A stretch of 63,394 bases of DNA from Patescibacteria group bacterium (GTDB lineage Bacteria > Patescibacteriota > Minisyncoccia > Phycocordibacterales > Phycocordibacteraceae), in NCBI GenBank assembly GCA_038078715.1, contig JBBTSU010000003.1, positions 34,861-98,254 on the forward strand, read 5' to 3'. Positions within the stretch are counted from its first letter, which is position 1; every line of letters starts with the position of its first letter. Of the stretch, positions 37,583-47,905 are shown piece by piece. The notes under the pieces were generated by a model. The model was not told the DNA's origin. It saw nothing but the letters and a program-made list of their open reading frames with translations, and made no database searches. Both the position numbers and the translations under genes were made by a program.

Positions 37583-39457
37583 ATGAAAGTCTCACGCACC
37601 TGGCTGCAGAAATATTTTGACACTGAACTTCCTTCCGCGGAGGAGCTTGCACATGCGCTTACCTTCCATGCCTTTGAAATAGAGGAGATAGAAGGGAACA
37701 TGCTTGATGTGAAGGTACTTCCTGATCGTGCCTGTTATGCGCTCTCGCATCGCGGTATCGCAAAAGAGATTGCTGCGATTCTGAATATTCCGATGAAGGC
37801 AGATCCGCTTCGTGAGGCGGTGCCTTCGGTCTCAACAACTGAGAATCTTGTAGTTACAGCAGACCCTGAGTATGTGCGCCGCCACACAGGAGCATTGGTA
37901 CGAGGTGTAAAAGTAGGTCCCTCACCAGAATGGCTCCGGAGCGCACTTGAGGCGGTGGGGCAGCGTTCTATCAATAACGTCGTAGATATTTCTAACTACG
38001 TCATGCTTGATATTGGTCAGCCATCTGGTGCCTTTGATCTTGCGAAACTGAAGCCGGAGAATGGCGTCTACAAGATTGATATTCGTCGTGCGGCACAGGG
38101 TGAGAAGTTTCTTGCGCTCACCGGAGAAACATACGAACTATCAGACACCATGTTTGTGTTCTCTGATGCGGTCGGTGGATTGGTGATGGACGTAGCGGGT
38201 GTTAAGGGAGGAAAAGAATCCGGAGTCACAGAAGCGACCACCGATCTTTTTCTCTCAGTAGGAAACTACGACGGCACACTGATTCGTCGTACCGCACAGA
38301 AGCTCCATCTCTTCACGGACGCCAGCTCACGTTTCCAGAATCGTCCGTCACCAGAACTCACCGCGTATGGTATGCGTGATATTCTTGCGCTCCTAGCTGA
38401 GGTTACGGGAGGAACGGTAGAAGGTGTCGTTGATTTCTATCCGTCACCAGTATCCATGCCGGCGGTGTCGTCCACTCCTGAGTTCGTTAACAAGAAACTC
38501 GGTACGTCTTTCAATGCACTCGACATACTCGGCGCGCTTACTCGTCTCGGGCTTTCTCACACCAAAGAAGGAGAGTCAGTCGTCGTTATGCCACCGTTTG
38601 AGCGAGGAGATGTGGTGATTCCTGAAGATCTTGTAGAAGAAGTGGGTCGTATCATTGGCTACGAAGAGGTGACACCAGTCCCACTACCAGGGATTCCTGC
38701 GCCTGCGCAGCTGAAATACCGTGGCATTGAGCGTGTGCGTGATCTTCTTGTTGCACGTGGCTTTACCGAAATCTCTACTCCTTCATTTGCGGTGAACGGT
38801 GACATTCTTTTGTCCAACCCACTTCAGGAAGATAAACCATATCTTCGTCCGAATCTTCGCGTGAATATGGAAGTGGCGCTTGCGCGGGCGGTGAACGTGG
38901 CACCGCGAGTTCTCGGCCCTGTATCTGAAGTGAAGCTTTTTGAAGTCGGTACTATCTTCACCAAAGAAGGAGAGAAGATGGCTCTTGCGGTAGGAAGAAA
39001 AGCAATTTCCAGGAAGAAGAGCCCTGTTATTGTTGATAACGTAGATGAGTTTATGGGGCTATTTGCTTCTAACGTCGCAGGCACTGACGAAGTACAAGAG
39101 GTTCTTTTTGCTGACGCAGATCTAGAGTCATTCGGTGCAGGATACGAACCAAAGAATCCAGGACTCGGAAAGTTTGAGGCGTTCTCCGTCTATCCATTCG
39201 CACTTCGCGACGTGGCGGTATGGACTCCTGAGGGAACGACGGAAGATACAGTTGCGGGAATGATCCGGGAGGCTTCCGGTTCACTTCTCGTACGTCTTGA
39301 TTGCTTTGATAGTTTCGCAAAGGAAGGACGTGTGTCCTATGCCTTCCGTTTGGTATTGGAAGCCAATGATCACACCCTTACCGACACCGAACTTACCGAC
39401 GTGATGGGGAAGGTGACCAAGGCACTTCAGGAAACCTCAGGCTACGAGGTGCGGTAG
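37583..39457 (+). CDS. pheT: Phenylalanyl-tRNA synthetase beta subunit
   Basis: MKVSRTWL, PDRACYALSHRG, SINNVVDISNYVM, DLVEEVGRIIGY, C-terminal anticodon-binding domain. Confidence 0.95.
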   Translation: MKVSRTWLQKYFDTELPSAEELAHALTFHAFEIEEIEGNMLDVKVLPDRACYALSHRGIAKEIAAILNIPMKADPLREAVPSVSTTENLVVTADPEYVRRHTGALVRGVKVGPSPEWLRSALEAVGQRSINNVVDISNYVMLDIGQPSGAFDLAKLKPENGVYKIDIRRAAQGEKFLALTGETYELSDTMFVFSDAVGGLVMDVAGVKGGKESGVTEATTDLFLSVGNYDGTLIRRTAQKLHLFTDASSRFQNRPSPELTAYGMRDILALLAEVTGGTVEGVVDFYPSPVSMPAVSSTPEFVNKKLGTSFNALDILGALTRLGLSHTKEGESVVVMPPFERGDVVIPEDLVEEVGRIIGYEEVTPVPLPGIPAPAQLKYRGIERVRDLLVARGFTEISTPSFAVNGDILLSNPLQEDKPYLRPNLRVNMEVALARAVNVAPRVLGPVSEVKLFEVGTIFTKEGEKMALAVGRKAISRKKSPVIVDNVDEFMGLFASNVAGTDEVQEVLFADADLESFGAGYEPKNPGLGKFEAFSVYPFALRDVAVWTPEGTTEDTVAGMIREASGSLLVRLDCFDSFAKEGRVSYAFRLVLEANDHTLTDTELTDVMGKVTKALQETSGYEVR

Positions 39458-39470
39458 TATAGGGAAGACA

Positions 39471-40493
39471 ATGGAACCTGCTCCCGAACTTCGTATCGCC
39501 ATCGTGACTGATGCCTATTTCCCGCATATAAGCGGGGTAGCAACGACGTTGAAGGCTACCTGCGAGGAACTTGAGAAGCAGGGCAATATCGTAAAGATCA
39601 TCGCACCACGCGATTTCCCTCTAGTGATTCCTGCACCGACGTACCCAGAGATTAAGCTCACCCTATTTCCGTACAAACATCTAGAGAAGATGCTTGACGA
39701 GTTCAAACCTGATTCTATTCATGTGGCGGTAGAAGGGCCTCTTGGTCTTGCCGCACGTAAGTACGCGAAGAAGCACAAGATGTGTTACACCACCGCGTAT
39801 CACACACGCTTCCCAGAATATGTGCATTGTCGTACCGGTATCCCAACCTCATGGGTATATGCCTTTGCACGCTGGTTCCATAACGGGGGATCAGGCGTGA
39901 TGGTGGCTGCCCACTCGCTCATCAAAGAGCTTGAGGGGCATGGCTTTAAGAATCTCCGCTACTGGCCACGTGGCGTAGACAGTGAGTTGTTTAGTCCTGA
40001 GAATCCAGTCACTCTCACTGGAGAGCACCCCATCTTTATGTACATGGGCCGTGTGTCGGTAGAGAAGAACCTTGATGCCTTTCTATCTCTTGATCTTCCT
40101 GGCACTAAATACATTGTCGGCGATGGTCCTGCACGAAAGGTGCTTGAGAAGAAATATCCGAACGCGGTCTTTACCGGATACAAGTTCGGTAAGGAACTTG
40201 CACAGCATGTTGCGGCTGCGGACGTATTTGTCTTCCCATCACTCACCGACACGCTTGGGCTCGTGATGCTTGAGGCGAATGCGTGCGGGGTGCCGGTGGC
40301 CGCACTTCCATCTCAAGCCTCTTCTACAGTGATTAAAGATGGCGAGAACGGCATCGTGTCTGCCGATCTTAAGGATGCCTGTCTTCGCGCACTCAAGCTT
40401 TCTCGCGAGCGCGCTCGTACCATTGCGATTGAGGCAGGATGGAAAGAACCGACCGAGCTCTTTTTGAAGAATCTCGTATGCGCGGTAGAGTAG
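39471..40493 (+). CDS. GT4 family glycosyltransferase
   Basis: VTDAYFPHISGV, YHTRFPEY, GRVSVEKN, FVFPSLTDTLGLVMLEANACG.PV. Confidence 0.92.
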   Translation: MEPAPELRIAIVTDAYFPHISGVATTLKATCEELEKQGNIVKIIAPRDFPLVIPAPTYPEIKLTLFPYKHLEKMLDEFKPDSIHVAVEGPLGLAARKYAKKHKMCYTTAYHTRFPEYVHCRTGIPTSWVYAFARWFHNGGSGVMVAAHSLIKELEGHGFKNLRYWPRGVDSELFSPENPVTLTGEHPIFMYMGRVSVEKNLDAFLSLDLPGTKYIVGDGPARKVLEKKYPNAVFTGYKFGKELAQHVAAADVFVFPSLTDTLGLVMLEANACGVPVAALPSQASSTVIKDGENGIVSADLKDACLRALKLSRERARTIAIEAGWKEPTELFLKNLVCAVE

Positions 40494-40497
40494 GGAT

Positions 40498-40896
40498 ATG
40501 GCTGAGAACGTTACACACGCACCGGAGCGAGGACCGCAGTGGGAAAAGATCACCGCACAAGAATTCCTTCTTGAAGTAGAACGCTGTGCAAATAATGCGC
40601 ACCAGCAAAAACTGAATCCGATGGACGCAGAGCAGTTCTCGTATGGCTTTGATGAAATACGCCTCAAACCTCTTAATGGTGCAGAGCTCGTGTTTACGAA
40701 TGCGGCGTACACCATGGATCCAGAAAAGAGATTTGTGATTATTGGAAATCGTGGGCACGGTATGAAAGGTGCTCGTCAGCAGTCGCTTGTGGGTGGAGCC
40801 ATCCTTAAAGATATCTCTGTATACACGCACAGTGTTGAAGATCCTTCTACTCTTATTGAAGTAAAACGTGCACCAGTGAAGAGAACGGGGTGGTAG
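40498..40896 (+). CDS. Hypothetical protein
   Basis: 132-aa ORF filling the gap between the GT4 gene and gyrB; no recognised motif. Confidence 0.6.
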   Translation: MAENVTHAPERGPQWEKITAQEFLLEVERCANNAHQQKLNPMDAEQFSYGFDEIRLKPLNGAELVFTNAAYTMDPEKRFVIIGNRGHGMKGARQQSLVGGAILKDISVYTHSVEDPSTLIEVKRAPVKRTGW

Positions 40897-40980
40897 ATTT
40901 TGAGGCGTAGCTAAGCCGTAGATTTCCACTTCCTGACGCGCAAAATAGGGTCTTCCGTGCTATACTTCTGGTAACAATAC

Positions 40981-43074
40981 ATGGCAAAGAAGGCAGAGAA
41001 AGAGGTGAAAGCACGCGGCGCCAAGAGCGCCGGCGCTGCTAATAAGGGGTATGACGCCTCTTCTATTACCGTCCTTGAAGGACTAGATCCGGTACGCAAG
41101 CGCCCGGGTATGTACATCGGTACTACTGGTCCCGATGGTCTCCATCACCTTATCTGGGAAGTATTTGATAACTCACGCGACGAAGCGATGGGCGGGTTTG
41201 CAGATGATATTGAAGTGGCACTTCTTCCAGGAAATCGTATTCGTGTCGTTGATAACGGTCGCGGTATTCCGGTTGATAAGCATCCTGCCACCAAAGTCTC
41301 TGCGCTTGAGACGATCATGACCACCCTTCACGCCGGCGGTAAGTTCGGTGGGGAAGCATCGGGGTACAAAATCTCAGGAGGGCTGCACGGCGTGGGTGTA
41401 TCAGTGGTAAATGCACTTTCCGTATGGACCCGTGCAGAAGTACATCGTGATGGAGCCGCTCATGTCCAGGAGTACAAGATCGGAAAACCAACGAACGCAG
41501 TAAAGAAGGTCGCCACATCAGACCATAACGGCACTATCATCACCTTTGAAGCAGATGCAACGATCTTCAACGAAGTGAAGTATGACTGGAACCGCATTGT
41601 CTCGCACCTTCGCCAGCAGGCATATCTCGTAAAGGGCACTCGCATCTCCGTCATTGATGCGCGTGGTCTTGAGAAGATAGAAGATCAGGAGGTGTTTTAT
41701 CTACGTGAGCTCGGGTTAGAGACTCCATCCATGACCTTCTACTTTGAAGGCGGTCTTCGCTCTCTCGTGTCTTTCTATAACCAGCACCAGATCGTAGGGC
41801 ACAAGAATATTTTCTATACAGAGGCAGAGAAGGACGGGGTTGCAGTAGAAGTCGCTCTTCAGTACACCGACGACATCACACCGCGCTTGATGGCGTTTGC
41901 CAACAATATCTACAACCCAGAGCACGGTACCCATGTGACTGGCTTTAAGACTGCGCTCACACGTACGCTTAACTCCTACGGTCGCTCTGCAGGTATTCTC
42001 AAAGAAAGCGAAGAGAACTTCACTGGAGACGATGTGCTTGAAGGCATTACCGCAGTCATCTCCGTCAAGATGCCAGAGATTCAGTTTGAAGGGCAGACCA
42101 AAGGAAAGCTGGGATCGGTGGAGGCACGTGGCGCGGTAGAGGCAGTATTTGGTGAACAGTTCTCTTCCTTCCTTGAAGAGAATCCAGATGATGGACGTTC
42201 CATTGTGAACAAAGTGCTTCTTGCCCTTAAGGCTCGCAAGGCAGCAAAGGCAGCAAAGGATTCCGTGCTTCGTAAGGGTGCACTTGAGGGCATGACCCTT
42301 CCAGGTAAGCTTGCAGATTGTCAGACCAAAGACGCATCAGAGTCTGAACTCTTCATCGTAGAGGGAGACTCTGCAGGTGGTACCGCAAAGACTGGACGCG
42401 ATCGCCGCACTCAGGCTATCCTTCCGCTTCGTGGAAAAATCTTGAACATTGAGCGCGCACGTCTAGATAAGATGCTTGCCTCTGAGCAGATTAAGAACCT
42501 GGTGATTGCACTGGGGACTGCGATTGGTGACGTCTTTGATATCTCCAAGCTCCGCTATCACAAGGTGATTATTGCAACCGACGCTGATGTGGACGGGGCA
42601 CACATTCGTACGCTTATTTTGACGCTTTTGTATCGTCACTTCCGTCCGGTGATTGATGGAGGATTTATCTATATTGCCCAGCCACCCTTGTATAAGATTA
42701 AACGTGGCAAAGAAGTGCATTACGCATACACCGACGAAGAGAAGTTCAAGATAGTTGGTAAAGATGCTGAGATTGAAGAGCCACAGGCAGGAGCGGAAGA
42801 GGAACCTGAGGAAGAAGGCGAAGAGGAGGAGACAAAGGCAAAGAGTAAGAAGCCTGCGAAGTTCTCACTTCAGCGCTACAAAGGCCTCGGAGAGATGAAT
42901 GCGTCTGAGCTCTGGGAAACCACTATGGATCCTGCACGCCGTATTTTGAAACGCGTCACCGTAGAAGACGCATCAGAAGCAGATCGTATCTTTGATGTGC
43001 TCATGGGTAATGATGTCGCCAGCCGTAAGTCCTTTATTCAGAGCAACGCCAAGCTCGCCAACATTGATGTCTAA
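40981..43074 (+). CDS. gyrB: DNA gyrase subunit B
   Basis: VRKRPGMYIG, DNGRGIP, GGLHGVG, EGDSAGG, PLRGKILN, DADVDGAHI, QRYKGLGEMN. Confidence 0.98.
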   Translation: MAKKAEKEVKARGAKSAGAANKGYDASSITVLEGLDPVRKRPGMYIGTTGPDGLHHLIWEVFDNSRDEAMGGFADDIEVALLPGNRIRVVDNGRGIPVDKHPATKVSALETIMTTLHAGGKFGGEASGYKISGGLHGVGVSVVNALSVWTRAEVHRDGAAHVQEYKIGKPTNAVKKVATSDHNGTIITFEADATIFNEVKYDWNRIVSHLRQQAYLVKGTRISVIDARGLEKIEDQEVFYLRELGLETPSMTFYFEGGLRSLVSFYNQHQIVGHKNIFYTEAEKDGVAVEVALQYTDDITPRLMAFANNIYNPEHGTHVTGFKTALTRTLNSYGRSAGILKESEENFTGDDVLEGITAVISVKMPEIQFEGQTKGKLGSVEARGAVEAVFGEQFSSFLEENPDDGRSIVNKVLLALKARKAAKAAKDSVLRKGALEGMTLPGKLADCQTKDASESELFIVEGDSAGGTAKTGRDRRTQAILPLRGKILNIERARLDKMLASEQIKNLVIALGTAIGDVFDISKLRYHKVIIATDADVDGAHIRTLILTLLYRHFRPVIDGGFIYIAQPPLYKIKRGKEVHYAYTDEEKFKIVGKDAEIEEPQAGAEEEPEEEGEEEETKAKSKKPAKFSLQRYKGLGEMNASELWETTMDPARRILKRVTVEDASEADRIFDVLMGNDVASRKSFIQSNAKLANIDV

Positions 43075-43837
43075 TCTAGACGCGCATCGGCCACCACGAA
43101 TGATAGGAGGAGGGAATCTTCTTGAAATGCCCGCCGCCTATAAGACGGCTCTTACGTCCATGTTTCCGTATGGAGTAGAAGATTATGATGGTCGTCGCGG
43201 ACGTTCACTTGAACGGTATCTTGAACGTGCCGGCCTTACTCTTGAGGAGCTTTTCACTGCAGATATTATTCTTGATCTTGGCGCAGGACCTGAAGCACGT
43301 TTTCGCGATGAGCTTGCGGAGGCGGCAAAAAAGGCCGGAGTGAGTCCGCTTCCTCACGTTATTTCAGTGAGTCTTGGATATGCTGATCCTGAGATACGAA
43401 AAAACCTTATAGAAAAGACTGGAAGTGCGGAAGGAGTGGTTGCCGCGGATGTAGAAAAGCTACCATTTAGAGACGGTACATTTACAAAAATTGTTGCGGT
43501 GCACCTTTTCACTCACTTGACAGAAGAAAAACTTAGAGGGGCAGTGGCAGAAGTAGAGCGTATTCTCGCACCAAACGGTACATTGGTAATTGTTCCTGTT
43601 CTAGTTCCAAAGGAAAAAGGAGACTATACGTTTGATCTTACTCAGGCAGAGGCAGACAACCTAAAGATACGTGCAATGGAGGATACGTGGGTGCGTCGGT
43701 CAGTACACCTCTCAGGACTTATCAGTCAGCAGTTTGCGGGGAAGGGAAAAGTGACAATGAGTGATCTCACCCCCGAAATTGGTTCAGAAACACAGCTATA
43801 TAAGCTTCGCCGTATTACGGCTGAGAAAGGAGAATAA
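43067..43837 (+). CDS. Class I SAM-dependent methyltransferase
   Basis: ILDLGAG, ADVEKLPFRDGTF, EVERILAPNG; start at ATG 43067 overlaps the gyrB end. Confidence 0.8.
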   Translation: MSNLDAHRPPRMIGGGNLLEMPAAYKTALTSMFPYGVEDYDGRRGRSLERYLERAGLTLEELFTADIILDLGAGPEARFRDELAEAAKKAGVSPLPHVISVSLGYADPEIRKNLIEKTGSAEGVVAADVEKLPFRDGTFTKIVAVHLFTHLTEEKLRGAVAEVERILAPNGTLVIVPVLVPKEKGDYTFDLTQAEADNLKIRAMEDTWVRRSVHLSGLISQQFAGKGKVTMSDLTPEIGSETQLYKLRRITAEKGE

Positions 43838-43863
43838 AAACACCCGCTTCAGGCGGGTGTTTG
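43838..43863. terminator. Bidirectional terminator hairpin between convergent genes
   Basis: aaacacccgc-ttcag-gcgggtgttt. Confidence 0.8.
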
Positions 43864-43864
43864 T

Positions 43865-44638
43865 TTAGTTCTCTACGTCAATCGTTGCGGAGTCGTCGTT
43901 GTTTCGTTCGTTTGATTCAGAGACGGCGTCGTTGTAGTCCACTTCAATCTCTATGCGACGGTTGCGGCCTTCATCTGGATCATCAAAGCCGATGGTGAAA
44001 ATCTTTGAGGAACCGGGTACAAGGGAAGACTGCCATGCGGAAGTGTAGACATCGTCGTCGTTATCCTCTGTAGGAAGCTCTGCGCGGAAGCGCCAGAGAC
44101 CAGAGACGTTCGTACCGGTGTTACGTACAGTAAAGCGGAAGGCACCACGCTCACCCTTAGGCACCTCATCATCCTCGCGGAATGAAGACGCAGAAGAGGT
44201 GCGGAGGTAACCGACCTCAATGATCTCTACGGTCAGATCAGGAAGTCCGTAGTAGGAAGGGATACGAGGATAGTTGTAGTAGTACGTAGGGTACTGCACG
44301 ATGTTTGGCCCACCCGTTGATGGGGGAGGAATCGTTGGCGTGGTGGTTGCGGTTGGAGTTGTGGTTGCAGGCACTGGAACAAACACCGTTACGGTCGTGG
44401 TCGCAGGGCGCGTGGCGGTGATTGTAGGTTCAGTGTTTGGCTCAGACGAAAGATACACCGTAGAGGTGAGACGGGAGATGGTGTCAGGCACAAAACGTGC
44501 GCCATAAATAGCCAGCAAGATGCCAAGGAAGACAAGCGCAAGAAAGCCAACGACTGCAAGGCCGTTTACCGCAGCACGCTTCGCTGCTTCTTTTGTAGTG
44601 TGCTCTTCTGTGTGTACTTCTTCGTGTGACGCGTTCAT
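43865..44638 (-). CDS. Membrane-anchored CARDB/Ig-like domain protein with Thr/Pro linker
   Basis: TM segment, TP-rich linker, PDLTVE..FTVRNTGT..VDYNDAVSESNERNN. Confidence 0.75.
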   Translation of the reverse strand: MNASHEEVHTEEHTTKEAAKRAAVNGLAVVGFLALVFLGILLAIYGARFVPDTISRLTSTVYLSSEPNTEPTITATRPATTTVTVFVPVPATTTPTATTTPTIPPPSTGGPNIVQYPTYYYNYPRIPSYYGLPDLTVEIIEVGYLRTSSASSFREDDEVPKGERGAFRFTVRNTGTNVSGLWRFRAELPTEDNDDDVYTSAWQSSLVPGSSKIFTIGFDDPDEGRNRRIEIEVDYNDAVSESNERNNDDSATIDVEN

Positions 44639-44712
44639 TGATTACCAGGCTACCACATGAAGTCGATTTGTCAAGAGCATGGCAGAATTCTCTAAACTGT
44701 CCCCAGACAAGC

Positions 44713-44741
44713 TTGACAATACTATGTTTTATGCGTATAAT
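44713..44741 (+). promoter_or_regulatory. Consensus sigma70 promoter of the sortase gene
   Basis: TTGACA (44713-44718), 17 nt, TATAAT (44736-44741); ATG at 44753. Confidence 0.85.
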
Positions 44742-44752
44742 TATTTTTACTT

Positions 44753-45406
44753 ATGGCCACCCTTACAAAACAGGTGATCAAGGCCGCACGTCGCTCATAC
44801 GCGAAGAAGTATCTCTTTCTTGGTGTGTACTCATTCGTACTCTTTCTTGCACTCGTAATGCTCCAGGAACTTGGTGTCGCACCGTATCAGCTCGTAGATG
44901 CACGAAACATGACTCCGATCGTCATAGATCGCAGTGAAGAAATTCGCGTGCCTGTTGAAGCAGTGGGGCAGAGTCCACTTCGTATTGAGATTCCAAAGGT
45001 AGGCATTGAGGCTTCAGTTGGGAACCCTGAGTCCACCGATATCGCGATACTTGATGAGGCACTTCTTTCCGGCACGGTGCGCTATCCTACGTCTGCAACC
45101 CTTGGTGAAGAGGGAAATGTCGTAATCTTCGGTCACTCAAGCCACCTTCCAGTCGTGCACAACCAGGCGTTTAAGGCCTTTAACGACATTGAGAAGCTCG
45201 TAGAAGGGGACACGATTATCGTCTATGGCGACACCTATCGCTATATCTACGCGGTAGAAAAGGTGGAGCAGGCAGATGCCAACTCTGATCTCATTCCTCT
45301 TGCGGTAGAGGGCTCAAAACTGACCCTTTCTACCTGTGATACCTTCCGGGCGAAGAGTGCCCGGTTTGTGGTCACTGCCACACTCGTCCTCACCGAGGCC
45401 GTTTGA
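44753..45406 (+). CDS. Sortase
   Basis: N-terminal TM; LRIEIPKVGI, GNVVIFGH (His), LTLSTC (Cys), RFVV (Arg). Confidence 0.9.
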   Translation: MATLTKQVIKAARRSYAKKYLFLGVYSFVLFLALVMLQELGVAPYQLVDARNMTPIVIDRSEEIRVPVEAVGQSPLRIEIPKVGIEASVGNPESTDIAILDEALLSGTVRYPTSATLGEEGNVVIFGHSSHLPVVHNQAFKAFNDIEKLVEGDTIIVYGDTYRYIYAVEKVEQADANSDLIPLAVEGSKLTLSTCDTFRAKSARFVVTATLVLTEAV

Positions 45407-45456
45407 CGGAGCGGAGGAAGAGGTATACTTACTAAACAAGCCTAAAATTTATACTT

Positions 45457-46209
45457 ATGTCATCAGGACACGGAGGAGATCGAGTGCCACGCGAATGGAC
45501 AAATACGAACATTAATCACCGCGAAGGTGAAGGTGGTAGCTACAATACCAACATCTCGTATGAACGTGGAGGAGGTGATGGGGGACATGGAGCAGGTCAC
45601 CACAACGGAAAACGTTGGGGTTGGGGCAAGACGCTTCTCCTTATTGGTGCCATGGCCGGCGTAGGTGCTGCAGCATATTACGGTGGTCGTGCAGTAGAGG
45701 CAGGCAATGCTGAGAACGCTGGTGAACCTTCTCGTGGGGAAGGTCCAGAGGACGGAGGTTCTGCAGCTCCAGCAGCCGCACCCGCAGAAACTCCACGGAA
45801 CAATGGCGTGGAGACTGTTACTGAGCAGCACGAAGGTGCAATTACGGTAGATGGAAATATCGGCCAGCTTGAAATGGAGCTTCCTGGTACGTATACAGAA
45901 AACCAGGAGGTCATGGTCACTCTTCTTTTGGAGAACCAGGCCGAGTTCCGCGCCTGTGAAGGAGATCTTGGTTGTGCAGACGCGCTTGATGGAATTCCAA
46001 ATACTACGAACCTAGGAGTACTCACCGGGGTCTTTGCAGTAGTGGTTCCTGAGGGTGAGCCAAACAAGCGCATGATTAGTCGTTCTGTTCCTGCACAGGT
46101 TACCTGGAGGGGTCGTACGATTACGATTAATCCCGACACCACCCGTGTACGGGTAGGGGACGGAGAGATTGTGCCACTTCGCGAGGTACTCGGAGAGCCT
46201 CGAACCTAA
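45457..46209 (+). CDS. Hypothetical single-pass membrane protein with G/H-rich N-terminus
   Basis: 250-aa ORF, one TM (LLLIGAMAGVGAAAYYG), followed by a terminator. Confidence 0.65.
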   Translation: MSSGHGGDRVPREWTNTNINHREGEGGSYNTNISYERGGGDGGHGAGHHNGKRWGWGKTLLLIGAMAGVGAAAYYGGRAVEAGNAENAGEPSRGEGPEDGGSAAPAAAPAETPRNNGVETVTEQHEGAITVDGNIGQLEMELPGTYTENQEVMVTLLLENQAEFRACEGDLGCADALDGIPNTTNLGVLTGVFAVVVPEGEPNKRMISRSVPAQVTWRGRTITINPDTTRVRVGDGEIVPLREVLGEPRT

Positions 46210-46230
46210 AGAAGCGTACATAGGACACCA

Positions 46231-46261
46231 AAAACCACCTGGGACACGCCCGGGTGGTTTT
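46231..46261. terminator. Intrinsic terminator-like hairpin
   Basis: aaaaccacctggg-acacg-cccgggtggtttt. Confidence 0.7.
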
Positions 46262-46273
46262 GTCTATACCCCC

Positions 46274-46302
46274 TTGACAAATATTATGCTGTGTGCTAGT
46301 AT
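46274..46302 (+). promoter_or_regulatory. sigma70 promoter with extended -10
   Basis: TTGACA (46274-46279), 17 nt, TAGTAT (46297-46302), preceded by TGc. Confidence 0.7.
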
Positions 46303-46370
46303 GGCCATAACTTATGGAGGAATCTGTAGGGGGAGCAAAAACTATTAATTACACACTTATTCACCACATT

Positions 46371-47828
46371 ATGGAAACCAACAAGAATCGTTTTCTTTCC
46401 GGTGTCGCCGCACTTCTCGTGCCCGTCATCGTTGCGACGACCATTGCAGTTTCGTTTGCTGTGCCTTCGTTTGCGCTTGCAGATGGGGTAAGTTCTACGG
46501 GAAGCTGGAGTTCATCCGCGCCGTACACTACGACCAGCTCTAAGCCACAGAGCATTGGTAACTGGAGCTCTTCTGCACCGTACTCTTCCTACTCGTATAA
46601 GAAGAAGCCAAGCTATTCTTCCTACTGTTACACCTGTGGTGGTAGTTACAGCAACTATGGTTCCCTCTCTTCTACGCGCTCCCTCTACCTCTCCCTCGAC
46701 TTCTCTGACAACGATATTGATCAGAGCGTTGACAACAGCATCACGAACAACGTGAATGTGAACGGTAACAACAACAACGTTGGTATCAACAACAGCCAGG
46801 AGACCAATCAGAACGCTGGTATTACCACCAGCCGTGGATACTATGAGCATCGTGATCGCAGTTCGTACTACGACTACTTCCGTCGCTTCAATAGCTCTTC
46901 AAGCTACAACAGCAACTCAAGTGGGGACGCAGGACAGAGCAACAATACCCACCAGTCAAACATCTTCAACAGCAACAGGGACAATGATGACGATGACGAC
47001 GATGATGATAACGACAACAATAACGACGACCTCTGGTGTGAAATTGATGCCTCTGATACCTCAGTAGACGAAGGCGATCGCATCACTCTTGAATGGGATA
47101 CTCGCGGTGCAGAAGACGCTCGCATCAACCAGGGTATCGGTGCAGTAGACGAGGATGGTGGTACCGAACGTGTTGAGATTGACGGCACCACGACCTTCCG
47201 CCTTACGGTTGAAGACGAGGATGGTGATGAAGAGGATTGTTCAGTCACGGTGCGTGTGAACGACGAGAATGAATTCTCTAGCATTGTCATTGACGAGGAG
47301 CCTACCTACGTTCCTCCCCAGTATTACTCCGGTGTGTACCTCTCAGACATTCCGTACACGGGTCTTGATATGGGTCCATACGCATGGGCATACTGGGCAG
47401 CGCTTGCCGCTCTCGGTGCCGCAGGAACCTACGTGTTCTTCTTCATGGGCCTTCCTTTTGTCCTCCGCCGTGCAGGTGCACTCAGCGAGGAAGTAGAGGC
47501 AGAGCTCTCCGAAGAGAACGCCTCTCCGATCCAGGAGTCAACGATGACCATGCCGGTCGCAGTGACTTCAACAGGAACCGCCATCATTGCTTCTCAGTCA
47601 GATATCACGAAGTTTGTTGGGGCACTTCTTTCCGCCGACAATGATACTGCCTCTGATATCCTTGAGGACGCAACGAAGGATGGTGCAAGTGCGTCAGTGT
47701 TCCTTAACCGCGCAAGCGCAATGCTTCGCTCTGAGGTTGCAACACCTACGATTGCTCTCGGTATTGACGTTTCAGTTCTTGAAGCTCTTGTAGAGTCTCT
47801 TGAGGCAGCGGCAAAGGCTCGCGCCTAA
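46371..47828 (+). CDS. Surface protein: S/N/D-rich low-complexity region, Ig-like domain, IPYTG motif + TM, cytoplasmic tail
   Basis: Signal/TM; WSSSAPY x2; LWCEIDAS..TLEW (Ig/PKD-like); YLSDIPYTG followed by a TM helix; start at ATG 46371. Confidence 0.75.
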   Translation: METNKNRFLSGVAALLVPVIVATTIAVSFAVPSFALADGVSSTGSWSSSAPYTTTSSKPQSIGNWSSSAPYSSYSYKKKPSYSSYCYTCGGSYSNYGSLSSTRSLYLSLDFSDNDIDQSVDNSITNNVNVNGNNNNVGINNSQETNQNAGITTSRGYYEHRDRSSYYDYFRRFNSSSSYNSNSSGDAGQSNNTHQSNIFNSNRDNDDDDDDDDNDNNNDDLWCEIDASDTSVDEGDRITLEWDTRGAEDARINQGIGAVDEDGGTERVEIDGTTTFRLTVEDEDGDEEDCSVTVRVNDENEFSSIVIDEEPTYVPPQYYSGVYLSDIPYTGLDMGPYAWAYWAALAALGAAGTYVFFFMGLPFVLRRAGALSEEVEAELSEENASPIQESTMTMPVAVTSTGTAIIASQSDITKFVGALLSADNDTASDILEDATKDGASASVFLNRASAMLRSEVATPTIALGIDVSVLEALVESLEAAAKARA

Positions 47829-47843
47829 GCCAGCGCTCACAGA

Positions 47844-47878
47844 AGAAAACGCTCCCGCACAGGGGGCGTTTTCTTTTT
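47844..47878 (+). terminator. Intrinsic terminator
   Basis: agaaaacgctccc-gcaca-gggggcgttttct-tttt. Confidence 0.75.
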
Positions 47879-47905
47879 GCCTATGCCAAGTACAATAGAC
47901 GCATC

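Noticed and set aside
46303-46370. Riboswitch in the 5' leader of the IPYTG surface protein
   Set aside because: Only a short CCATAA-c-TTATGG hairpin is visible, with no recognisable aptamer or expression platform.
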